A stretch of 62,354 nucleotides of DNA, filler included, from Deltaproteobacteria bacterium (GTDB lineage Bacteria; JAEEML01): NCBI GenBank assembly GCA_016283195.1. It is 5 parts of 5 records of this genome, joined end to end, with 100 filler letters (N's around TTAATTAATTAA, not from the genome) between each part and the next. Parts side by side here need not be neighbours in the genome. Positions count along the whole stretch, not along the records: positions 8,750 to 23,694 come from JAEEML010000165.1; 4 more parts are not named here. One strand, written 5' to 3'. Within the stretch, counting starts at the first letter, position 1; every line of letters begins with the position of its first letter. Of the stretch, positions 9,737 through 18,383 are shown one piece after another. The translations under genes were made by a program, and so were the position numbers. The notes below the pieces were generated by a model. It was not told the origin of the DNA, ran no database searches, and worked only from the letters and a program-made list of their open reading frames with translations.

Positions 9737-11032
9737 ATGCGCTTTCCCGGTAACAGAATACCACAACACTATTTTCCGGTAGAAGAACGACCGAAACGTT
9801 TGCGCAATATCAGCGACCAGGAGGCACCCGGCGGGAGCACTTATGTAGTTGGCCTTGATCAGCTGATAGTAGATTTGGAAGTTATTTGCGGCCGCGATTT
9901 GCTCGATAGATTTCAAATTCCTCATGGTGAATCGGTGGTGCTCTCGGATGATCGTTTTGACACTTTAAAAGAATATATTACCGCCAATCAGCAAATTCAC
10001 ACGGTAACAGCCGGCGGTGCGGTGGGAAACACCTTAAATAATTACACTTTTTTATCCGGCGAGCGGGCTTACCTTTTGGGAGCGATTGATGATGTGATTC
10101 ACACCGGCAGCTTTGCCTTTCGCTATATCAACGACACTCCACGGGCAGTAGCTCTCGATCACTGCGTGCCGCGCCATGGGCACATTGCCACAGCAATTAC
10201 CTTTGTCACTCCGGACGGCGAGCGCAGTTTTGCCGTAAATATGGGCATTGCCAACAGCTTTCCGCCGGAAGCTATCCCAGCCGGTTTGGTAGAACATTCG
10301 GCCGGTGTACTGCTCACCGCTTTTTGCCTGCGTGACCCCGAAGCCCCCATCTACGAGGCGGCAATCAGCCTGATGAAGCTAGCCAAAGCCGCTCAAGTGC
10401 CGGTTATTTTTAGCCTGGGCACTTCCAGCTTAGTGCGCGAGAAGCAAGCCTACTTTAGAGATATTTTGCAGCGCTATGTCACCTGCGCAGCCATGAATAA
10501 TGAAGAAGCTCTGGCTCTTACCAACCATAGCGATACACTCTTAGCCTGCAACGACATTCTGGACCTGGTGGATATCGTGGTAATTACCGAAGGCGCCAAG
10601 GGGCTCACTATGGCCGGCTTTACCGATGACAAATTTAAGCGCCCCACCGATGCCGCTATTCGCAGCAAGGGTATTGAAAATTATAATGCCTGGGAATACA
10701 GCCGCCTGATGCGTAAGCGCGTTTGCGAAAAGCCTATTAAGATTTTTTCTCATATTCACCCATACCTGGGCGGTCCGCAAAAGGTGGTGAATACCAATGG
10801 CGCCGGTGATGCGGCAATAGCCGCCATTTTGCATGATATTGCCGCTAATAAATACCATAGAAACCGTTTGCCCGATTCGGAAAAACATAAAGGCGATTTT
10901 TTAACTTATTCATCACTGGCGCGCAATGCTCAATATGCCAATCGGGTAGCTTACCAGGTGCTTTTATCGGCCTCACCGCGCCTGGATGGCCAATTGCCCG
11001 ATGATACTCCATTGCAAAAGGAAGAAACATGA
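9737..11032 (+). CDS. gsk: Inosine/guanosine kinase (PfkB family)
   Basis: N-terminus MRFPGNRIPQHYFPV resembles enterobacterial Gsk. NTNGAGDA PfkB motif. Gsk-type C-terminus LTYSSLA..YANRVAYQVL..SPRL. RBS AGGAG. Confidence 0.9.
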   Translation: MRFPGNRIPQHYFPVEERPKRLRNISDQEAPGGSTYVVGLDQLIVDLEVICGRDLLDRFQIPHGESVVLSDDRFDTLKEYITANQQIHTVTAGGAVGNTLNNYTFLSGERAYLLGAIDDVIHTGSFAFRYINDTPRAVALDHCVPRHGHIATAITFVTPDGERSFAVNMGIANSFPPEAIPAGLVEHSAGVLLTAFCLRDPEAPIYEAAISLMKLAKAAQVPVIFSLGTSSLVREKQAYFRDILQRYVTCAAMNNEEALALTNHSDTLLACNDILDLVDIVVITEGAKGLTMAGFTDDKFKRPTDAAIRSKGIENYNAWEYSRLMRKRVCEKPIKIFSHIHPYLGGPQKVVNTNGAGDAAIAAILHDIAANKYHRNRLPDSEKHKGDFLTYSSLARNAQYANRVAYQVLLSASPRLDGQLPDDTPLQKEET

Positions 11033-12168
11033 CACTTGAATTTACCGTAAACGCCCGGGAATCACATTTTAAAGCCCGGGCGGGCACCTTAAAATTGCCG
11101 CATGCTACCGTGGAAACACCATGCTTTATGCCTGTTGGCACAGTAGCTTCGGTTAAATCACTGGCCGGTGACGATTTGGAATCACTGGGCTTTAACCTGA
11201 TGCTCTCCAATACATATCACCTTATGCTACGCCCCGGTGTCAAAACTATTGAAGAATGCGGCGGCTTGCACAACTTTATGGGCTGGCCGCACGCTATTTT
11301 GACCGACAGCGGCGGTTTTCAAGTATTCAGCCTGGCCAAAATTCGCAAACTCACCGAACAAGGTGTCACCTTCCGCAGCCACATCAATGGCGCCCTTAAC
11401 TTTTTGGGCCCGGAAGAGGCGGTATATCTCGAAGAGACTTATGGCGTGGACATCGCCATGATGCTCGATATTTGCCCGCCGGGAGATGCCCCCAAGCGCG
11501 ATGTGGTAAAAGCCATGGATCTCACTACACGCTGGGCCAAGCGCTGTATAGCCGCGCGCAAGCACCCGGACAAAACCAACTTTTTCGGCATTGTGCAAGG
11601 CGGCATTCACAATGACCTAAGAGCTAAACACGCCGAGGAAATATGCGCCCTGCCCTTTGATGGCTTTGCTATCGGCGGGGTGGCTGTGGGCGAAGATCCG
11701 GTGGAAATTGCCAAAACAGTGAACTATACCGCCCCGCTTTTGCCGGAAGACAAGCCGCGCTATCTCATGGGCGTTGGCACACCTAAAGATATTGCTCTGG
11801 CTGTAGCCGCCGGAGTGGATATGTTTGATTGCGTCATGCCCACAAGAAATGCCCGCAACGGCTATCTTTTTGTGCCCGGCGGCCATATCTCTATCAAGCG
11901 CCAGGAATACACCACCGATATGCGCCCACTGGATGAGACTTGCAATTGTCTCTGTTGTCGCCGCTTTAGCCGGGCTTACCTGCGCCACCTTTTTGTAGCC
12001 AAAGAGCTGCTTTACTACCGCCTGGCTTCGCTGCATAATCTGGCTTTTTACAAGCGGCATCTGGCTCAGCTCAGGCAGGCTATTATTGAAGATCGGCTGG
12101 CTGAGGTTATTGCTCCCTACCTAAAAGAACAGGAAATTCTGGAAGAAGAACAAAGGAGTAAAAAATGA
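11029..12168 (+). CDS. tgt: tRNA-guanine transglycosylase (queuosine pathway)
   Basis: TPCFMPVGT, NTYHL, LTDSGGFQVFSL, DMFDCVMPTRNAR and Zn site CNCLCC...HNL. Confidence 0.98.
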   Translation: MTLEFTVNARESHFKARAGTLKLPHATVETPCFMPVGTVASVKSLAGDDLESLGFNLMLSNTYHLMLRPGVKTIEECGGLHNFMGWPHAILTDSGGFQVFSLAKIRKLTEQGVTFRSHINGALNFLGPEEAVYLEETYGVDIAMMLDICPPGDAPKRDVVKAMDLTTRWAKRCIAARKHPDKTNFFGIVQGGIHNDLRAKHAEEICALPFDGFAIGGVAVGEDPVEIAKTVNYTAPLLPEDKPRYLMGVGTPKDIALAVAAGVDMFDCVMPTRNARNGYLFVPGGHISIKRQEYTTDMRPLDETCNCLCCRRFSRAYLRHLFVAKELLYYRLASLHNLAFYKRHLAQLRQAIIEDRLAEVIAPYLKEQEILEEEQRSKK

Positions 12169-13490
12169 ATATGCGCACCAGTGACTACAAAGCTCTCTTA
12201 TCTCTAGCTCTAATCATCGGTTTAATGGCCGGTTGCCGGGATGAGCCAAAATCTCCCAAAGAGCCTTTAAAAGTCACCGGTGATGATACTAAAAAACCTG
12301 GCGATGCCAGGAGCGATATTGATGCCCAAAGCGACACAGATGCGAAAAGCGATAGCGATACTCGAACAGATATCATAAATCCTCCTCCTGGCCCGGGCAA
12401 CGAGTGCACCTTGGATGAGGAGCCACCTGTTGATACAACCGGCGCTATCTGTAAAGCTCCGGCCGCTCCGGTGAAAAATCCCGATGGCTACCCTTGTTGC
12501 GGCCGCAATGACGACTGCATAAGCGGCTTTTGCCAGGATATCTGGGTGTGCGGAAAAAATGGCGAATATGAGGAAAATGTTACTGATTTAGAGCTCCATG
12601 CCCCCTGTTTATACGATGCTCAATGCGCCAGCGGCCGCTGTTGGTACGGCCGCGAAGTATATCGTTGTGCCACTACCTGCCAGCCCGGTGATAAAGGTGA
12701 CGGCCAGTATTATTGCGCTTTAAATCCCTATAGTGACAGTACTACAGACTATATCTGCCAACCGGACCCAAAAGTTGGCAAAAAGTGCTGCCAGCAGAGC
12801 GACTGCCCGGCTGAAAGCCTCTGTTATAGCCAGTATTGCGTAACTTCCTGCGAATATACCAACTGCCCAAGCGGCAGCAAGTGTTACAAAGATGTGCGTG
12901 TAGCCAATAAATCTATGGATATTTGCATAGCCGATGAGCTGATTGGCTCTTTGCCGGCCGGTGCGCAGTGTTTTAATGACCTATTTTGCCAGAGTGGCCA
13001 TTGTTTTAACCAAAAATGCCAAGACTTAAGCCAAGTTAATTGCTCCGGCCCAGCAGATTACCCCGATTTAGACCAGCCCGACGGCTATCCGTGCAATTTT
13101 GATCAGGATTGCCACAGCGGCAAATGCAGCATAGAGAATAATGATTTTGTCTGCACTTCCGGCGATAGTTATCAAGGGGCAACCAATCTGCCCAATAATG
13201 TTCCCTGCCTAATGAATGAAGAGTGCGCCAGCGGGTACTGCTGGTATAACGGCGGCAAAATGGCGGCCGATGGCATTTTCGATGCCTCTCTTTGTGCTCA
13301 GCCCTGTATGCCGGGTGTCGCCAAAAGTGATGGCAATTTTGCGTGCCAACAAGATTATTTTGGCAAATATCTCTGTTTGCCGGTGCGCACCAATAACGGC
13401 GGCAAAGGTACACCTTGTCTTTTCACCGAATTTGACTGCCAGGAAGGGCTCGTTTGCGACCGGGTAGAGAAAGTTTGCAAAGGGATGTAA
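12165..13490 (+). CDS. Cys-rich lipoprotein with internal duplication
   Basis: Lipobox LMAGC. Two related halves (PDGYPC..DC.SG.C / PCL...CASG.CWY). ATGA overlap with tgt. Confidence 0.85.
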   Translation: MNMRTSDYKALLSLALIIGLMAGCRDEPKSPKEPLKVTGDDTKKPGDARSDIDAQSDTDAKSDSDTRTDIINPPPGPGNECTLDEEPPVDTTGAICKAPAAPVKNPDGYPCCGRNDDCISGFCQDIWVCGKNGEYEENVTDLELHAPCLYDAQCASGRCWYGREVYRCATTCQPGDKGDGQYYCALNPYSDSTTDYICQPDPKVGKKCCQQSDCPAESLCYSQYCVTSCEYTNCPSGSKCYKDVRVANKSMDICIADELIGSLPAGAQCFNDLFCQSGHCFNQKCQDLSQVNCSGPADYPDLDQPDGYPCNFDQDCHSGKCSIENNDFVCTSGDSYQGATNLPNNVPCLMNEECASGYCWYNGGKMAADGIFDASLCAQPCMPGVAKSDGNFACQQDYFGKYLCLPVRTNNGGKGTPCLFTEFDCQEGLVCDRVEKVCKGM

Positions 13491-13492
13491 CC

Positions 13493-14593
13493 ATGAAAAA
13501 AGGCCTGTTTCCGCAAATAATTTTAGCTGCTTTGATTATTTTTAGCACTTCGCCGCTGCTTGCCGATGATGCCCCGCTGACCAAACAGGAAACAACTAAA
13601 ATTTGGCAAAAATTCAATAATGACCGAAAGGTACGCAAAATTTTGCCCTGCCGCCAGGATGATGACCTTGACGCTCTGGCCGCTAAAGAGCTCACTGCCA
13701 TGCTGGAAAAGCCGGAGCTGGCGCAAACCATGAAAACGCGCCTCAAAAATGAGCCCAAGCTTAAAGAGGGCTTTACCACCCTGCTCTTTGCCGTCAAAAA
13801 CGAAAAAGAGCTCATGGCCAAGCTGGTAAAACAAAAAAATTATGAGCGTTTTTTGGCCGCCGATATAGCTGCTCTGGGCATTGCCGGCATTAAGTTGGAT
13901 GCCGAGCCGCCATTTTGGCAAATTTTAATTATTGGCGGCAAAGAGGTGCCACTTGACCCCTGCAATGGCCAGCCAGGCCTTAGCGAAGCGCAGGTAGCCG
14001 GGACCAAGCGCAGCATAGAATCACGCATAACCGCTTGTTATAATAAGGCTATTGAAACAGGAGACCCTAATATATCCGGCAAAATAACCTATAGCCTGGA
14101 AGTAGCCCCCACCGGCGCCATCGCCGTTAAAAACCTCATCTTTGCCAGCGAAGATTTAAAAGCCGAAGTGCTTCCCTGCATCGAAGGCCTTATGAAAGGC
14201 CTGAAATTTCCCAAGCCATGTGGCAATAAACCAGTAAAAATACTAAGTTTTGGCTGGGATTTTACCCCGCCTCACGGCACCTCCAAACGCCTTGGCCGCC
14301 TAAGCAATGCGCTTATCACCAGTGCCATTCAGCGCAAGCGCCCACAAATGCAGCGCTGCTATGAAAAAGAATTGAAACGCAATAAAAAGCTGCAAGGTAA
14401 AATTGTTTTGCATTTTGCTCTGGAACCAAGCGGAAAAATTAAAGAACTCTCCTTAAAAGAAGATAGTATTAAAAGCCCTGCCGTCACCACTTGCGTTTTG
14501 CAAGAAGCGGGAAAAGTGCTCTTCCAGGCTCCAAAATATAACGGCGAAGTGGAATTTGACTTTCCGCTCGAATTTACCTCCGATGCCAAATAA
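13493..14593 (+). CDS. Secreted protein with two AgmX/PglI-type (TonB_C-like) domains
   Basis: Signal peptide. Two copies of xCY.....P.(L/I).GK.......G.......CV/I.......F..P. Confidence 0.8.
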   Translation: MKKGLFPQIILAALIIFSTSPLLADDAPLTKQETTKIWQKFNNDRKVRKILPCRQDDDLDALAAKELTAMLEKPELAQTMKTRLKNEPKLKEGFTTLLFAVKNEKELMAKLVKQKNYERFLAADIAALGIAGIKLDAEPPFWQILIIGGKEVPLDPCNGQPGLSEAQVAGTKRSIESRITACYNKAIETGDPNISGKITYSLEVAPTGAIAVKNLIFASEDLKAEVLPCIEGLMKGLKFPKPCGNKPVKILSFGWDFTPPHGTSKRLGRLSNALITSAIQRKRPQMQRCYEKELKRNKKLQGKIVLHFALEPSGKIKELSLKEDSIKSPAVTTCVLQEAGKVLFQAPKYNGEVEFDFPLEFTSDAK

Positions 14594-14602
14594 GGTCTTG
14601 TT

Positions 14603-15001
14603 ATGATTAAAACTAAAGGATTCTTAGTCCTTTTGGTCTTTTCTTGGCTGGCATTTTCGGCATCATGCCAGCGCCCAAAGGCTTTTTTTGCCCCCACCGG
14701 TCCGATTATGCATCCTGTTGATAAAAAGAGCCCGGTTGCTGTTTATTGTACAATGCCCTACCCGCCTTTTGTCGAACTCGGCATTTTAACTATGCGGATA
14801 AAAGACGGTAAATACCCGGATATCGGTGTTTATGTGCGCCGCTTGGGCGCCAATGGCATAGTTTATGATATTATACCGCCGGAAGATGATGTGCATAAAA
14901 TGCTTTTAATCGACCGCAACTGGCCTCATTGGTATAATGATGTTAACTCCGGAAATGCCACCGTTTTACAAGATGATATCCTGCATTGTGCAGCCAAGTA
15001 A
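14603..15001 (+). CDS. Hypothetical lipoprotein
   Basis: Hydrophobic N-terminus ending in SASC. Starts 9 bp after the previous stop. Confidence 0.65.
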   Translation: MIKTKGFLVLLVFSWLAFSASCQRPKAFFAPTGPIMHPVDKKSPVAVYCTMPYPPFVELGILTMRIKDGKYPDIGVYVRRLGANGIVYDIIPPEDDVHKMLLIDRNWPHWYNDVNSGNATVLQDDILHCAAK

Positions 15002-15401
15002 GCAGTTTACGGCCGGATTTAAGCGTGGAAAGCGGCCCTAAAAAAAGCACTTCACCATATTTTAAAAGCTCATAACGTTTTTTTTCCAAAGCAATGCGTT
15101 TGCTGTGGCGGGTGGCAAGAACAACCGCCCCCAAAACGGCGGCTATAGGCACCGGGCGGTCAAAAGCAATACAAGCATCTCCTTTAAAAATGAGGTGTTG
15201 GCCGCGCACCCGGTGGAGGCGGTGGCAAATTGTCTCGCCGTTTTCGTTTTTATATACATAGAGCTCACCGGGGCGAAAATGGCCCACCGGCCGCACAATA
15301 AGTAAATCGCCGCTTTTAAAGAGCGGCCACATAGAGGAGCCTTTAACAATAAAGGATATTGTTTTTATATTGCCGGAAGAGCGCTTTTTTCCACTTTCCA
15401 T
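14943..15401 (-). CDS. S24/S26 family peptidase (signal-peptidase-like, Ser-His type)
   Basis: Motifs GSSMWPLFKSGD, ICHRL and FKGDA. Confidence 0.8.
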   Translation of the reverse strand: MESGKKRSSGNIKTISFIVKGSSMWPLFKSGDLLIVRPVGHFRPGELYVYKNENGETICHRLHRVRGQHLIFKGDACIAFDRPVPIAAVLGAVVLATRHSKRIALEKKRYELLKYGEVLFLGPLSTLKSGRKLLTWLHNAGYHLVKRWHFRS

Positions 15402-15576
15402 TACAATATGCCAACCCGACAGCTGTTAAAATGCCAGAACCGTTTGCGCGGCCCTGGGGCCATTTTAGCATAATTTCATAAAAAAGCTTGGCTAATAGTT
15501 TTATCTTGAATGGAGGCTAAATTATCTTGATAAATCAGAGAGATATTATACTGACGGGGTTATGTTGACTTGCAGA

Positions 15577-16848
15577 TTAATATACTATTATAGCACATCT
15601 ATGACCATTTGCGTCACAGCCATCGTCACATTGGTCAGCCGCCTCGGCATCCCAGAAAGATTCGCCAACAAGAACAGGAACAGGGGGCATATCGCTGGGG
15701 GTAAGCAGCTGAGTAGCTTTGCCAAAGAGATTTACGCAAGCTTTTTCAACTTTTTCTTTGGCTACACCGCCTTCGGTAGTGCAAGACCAAACATGGTCTT
15801 TACAGCCATCGTCAACCAGTGTGCCATTATCATCTTTCACACAAACCGGGACATTTATGAAAGTAAAATTGTGATAGAAAGCGGCAGTTTCATTATTTCT
15901 TGCCAGCATTTGATCAATATCGGCATCATCAAAAGGAGCAGGTATTAAACGGCATTCGCGGTCGCTGGGGCAGGAATGTTCGGCAACTTTGCAAACAGTT
16001 TCACCATTATTATCTTCAACACAACCACAGTAAAGAGCCTTGGTTAGTTTACGAGTATCATTATCGTATCCGGAGCAGGAGTTGTTAAAGAGATACGGGT
16101 CACAAGGATCACCGACTTTTTTCCCTACACCAGAATCGGCATCGCTTACCACACACTTGGAGCCATCGCAAGACGAACAAGCTTTGATAGTGGTAACAAG
16201 CACATTATCGCCTGTCACACTCTTCATGCATTTTTGCTCAAGAGAGGAGACAAAGGAATCGTCATCAGTGTCGGCATCACATTGGGTATTATTATATGTA
16301 CTATTACACAGTTCATCTGTAAGCCCTGTGGGGTCCAAAACGCAGCGGCTACGCGGCTTGCCATCGCTAAGTTTAACGGTTTTACACACAGTTTCTTGGG
16401 CCTCAATAATTGGGCAGAATAATTTTGCTACTTTGTTATCTTTGCAAACAATGATGTTCTCGGTGCCATCGCAACGCGGAATAAAGGTAACGGGGTTGCA
16501 GGCGTCATTTTCTTTTACCGGCGTCACAGCAAATGGGTCATCAGGGACACAGGCATGGTGCTCAAGATCGCAGAACCAATCCTCACCGGTTTTCAGAGCC
16601 CCTTTTGTACAATCGGCAGGTCCTTCACAATAGGGATCAGGCTGCTGATTGTTATTGTTGTTCTGATTGTTTTGGTTATTGTTGTTCTGATTGTTTTGGT
16701 TATTGTTGTTCTGATTGTTGTTGTTCTGGTCTTTTTGGTTATTTTGATTGTTTTGGTTGTTCCCTTCGTTCTCGTTACCTTTGCAAGCACCAAGGGACAG
16801 TGCCAGCATCATGCTCATTAGAAACACATTCTTACTAAGTTTTTTCAT
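15577..16848 (-). CDS. Cys-rich lipoprotein with Asn/Gln low-complexity linker
   Basis: RBS AGGAG before ATG 16848. Lipobox LGAC. NNNNQNNQ run followed by Cys-rich domains. Confidence 0.85.
   Translation of the reverse strand: MKKLSKNVFLMSMMLALSLGACKGNENEGNNQNNQNNQKDQNNNNQNNNNQNNQNNNNQNNQNNNNNQQPDPYCEGPADCTKGALKTGEDWFCDLEHHACVPDDPFAVTPVKENDACNPVTFIPRCDGTENIIVCKDNKVAKLFCPIIEAQETVCKTVKLSDGKPRSRCVLDPTGLTDELCNSTYNNTQCDADTDDDSFVSSLEQKCMKSVTGDNVLVTTIKACSSCDGSKCVVSDADSGVGKKVGDPCDPYLFNNSCSGYDNDTRKLTKALYCGCVEDNNGETVCKVAEHSCPSDRECRLIPAPFDDADIDQMLARNNETAAFYHNFTFINVPVCVKDDNGTLVDDGCKDHVWSCTTEGGVAKEKVEKACVNLFGKATQLLTPSDMPPVPVLVGESFWDAEAADQCDDGCDANGHRCAIIVY
16645..16760 (-). repeat. Asn/Gln-coding simple repeat (24-bp period core)
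   Basis: Repeated gttattgttgttctgattgttttg units. Confidence 0.9.
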
Positions 16849-16926
16849 TTTTAAACTCCTTCGTCGCAAAATTTTTGCTATATGCGCGACAAGAGAAATG
16901 ATTAGCACAGCAGGAGAGAAAAAAGC

Positions 16927-17124
16927 AAACATTTTCGTCAGAAAAAGAAAGAAAAAAATAGTCTATAATATCAATGACTTATAAATTTTATATTTTATAA
17001 AATCAGCTCAAAAATCAGCGACATTTTTGTCATAATAAAAATGCCTTTTTGGCCACTTTAAACAGGTAATATTTGCTTTTGGACTCATTTTTCAGCACAA
17101 ATAAATGGTATGACATTTTTGTCA
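16927..17124. promoter_or_regulatory. Three phased TGACA-N4-TGTCA-like sites plus an IHF consensus site
   Basis: AAACATTTTCGTCA 16927-16940, CGACATTTTTGTCA 17019-17032, TGACATTTTTGTCA 17111-17124. TATCAATGACTTA at 16969-16981 matches WATCAANNNNTTR. Confidence 0.55.
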
Positions 17125-17156
17125 GGCAGCCGGCGGCTATTTAGCAATTTATGGCT

Positions 17157-18158
17157 TCAGCGCCAGATTTTCCCAGATTTTAAAAGTATGATCAAAAAGA
17201 GCGGCGAACCGATAAAGGCGGTGACAACACCTATCGGCAGCTCAACCGGAGTTAGACTCCTGGCTAAGGTATCCACCAGCAGCATAAAGAGTGCACCTAT
17301 TAGAGCGGCGGTAGGAATAAGGCGGCGGTGGGAGGCACCAACCAGAGCGCGGGCGGCGTGGGGTATCAAGAGGCCTACCCAGCCGATGGTGCCTACAAGA
17401 GCCACGACAGAGCCAGTCATCATGGTGGCCAAAATGACAAAAAGCAGCTTTAAAAGGCGCGTTTCGGCACCAAGAGCGCGGGCTTCCTCATCACCGCAGG
17501 ACAAAAGGTCCAGCCACCAGGAGATCATCACCAGCAGAAAAAAGCAAATAAACACAATAGCAGCGGTGATATAGCACTCTTTTTCACCAGCGGCGGAGAG
17601 GCTGCCAAGAAGCCAAAAATTGATGGTTTGCAGCTTGTTAAATGGGTCGGCCAGCACCTTTATGAGCGAGATGCCGGCGCTCGCCAGTGAGCCGATAACA
17701 ATACCGGCCAGCACCAATACAAAGACCGAAGATCGCGAATGGCCGATGAGCTTACCAACTAAAAGCGCCAGGCCAACGGTCAAAAGGCCGCCCAGAAAAG
17801 CGGCTATTTCTATTTGCCAGACGGTGGCGTCAAAATATATAGCGAGTGCCGCCCCAAAACCGGCACCGGCAGAAACTCCCAAAATATCGGAAGAAACCAA
17901 GGGGTTACGAAAAATAGCCTGGTAGGTGCCGCCGGCACTGGCGAGCGCAATACCGGTGATAATAGCGGCTAAAATACGCGGCAAGCGCAGGTGCAGAAGC
18001 ACCCAGCCCGGTGTGCCGGGCTCCATAGAAACACTAGCGGCAAGAGCGGAAAAATCAAAGCTAAAGCGCCCCATGAAAAGGGAAAAAACAGCGGTACTCA
18101 GCAAAATAAGGGCTAAAACAGCTACAAAGGCTTTAAAATGTTCGGTGATTTTTAGCAC
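17157..18158 (-). CDS. FecCD/BtuC-family iron-siderophore or cobalamin ABC permease
   Basis: LRLPRILAA, FRNPLVSSDILGVSAGA, GDEEARALG, IGWVGLLIPH, ELPIGVVTAFIGSP. Confidence 0.95.
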   Translation of the reverse strand: MLKITEHFKAFVAVLALILLSTAVFSLFMGRFSFDFSALAASVSMEPGTPGWVLLHLRLPRILAAIITGIALASAGGTYQAIFRNPLVSSDILGVSAGAGFGAALAIYFDATVWQIEIAAFLGGLLTVGLALLVGKLIGHSRSSVFVLVLAGIVIGSLASAGISLIKVLADPFNKLQTINFWLLGSLSAAGEKECYITAAIVFICFFLLVMISWWLDLLSCGDEEARALGAETRLLKLLFVILATMMTGSVVALVGTIGWVGLLIPHAARALVGASHRRLIPTAALIGALFMLLVDTLARSLTPVELPIGVVTAFIGSPLFLIILLKSGKIWR

Positions 18159-18383
18159 TTTGGCCTTTCTGGCGCAAACTTACCTTCAGCGGTTCCGCCA
18201 ATTTGCGGAGCCTATTTAGCACACTTAAGGCCGGGCGGCCAATAGGGAAGAAAGGATAACGATTTTTCTTAAGTAACACCAACCTACTTTAATAAAGCCA
18301 TTAACAAAATATTTTCTATTGCCGCACCGTTGTGGCTGTGTTAGCCTTTTACCTGTTTTTGTTTGGCTTTTAAGGAGCTTCAC

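Noticed and set aside
16871-16885. 15-mer CATATAGCAAAAATT shared between the upstream region of the 16848 gene (minus strand) and about 56971
   Set aside because: AT-rich and similar to a reversed extended -10 element. With only two copies, a chance match is plausible.
18159-18383. Possible cobalamin riboswitch or Fur box upstream of the orphan FecCD permease
   Set aside because: No B12-box or convincing Fur inverted repeat could be recognised.
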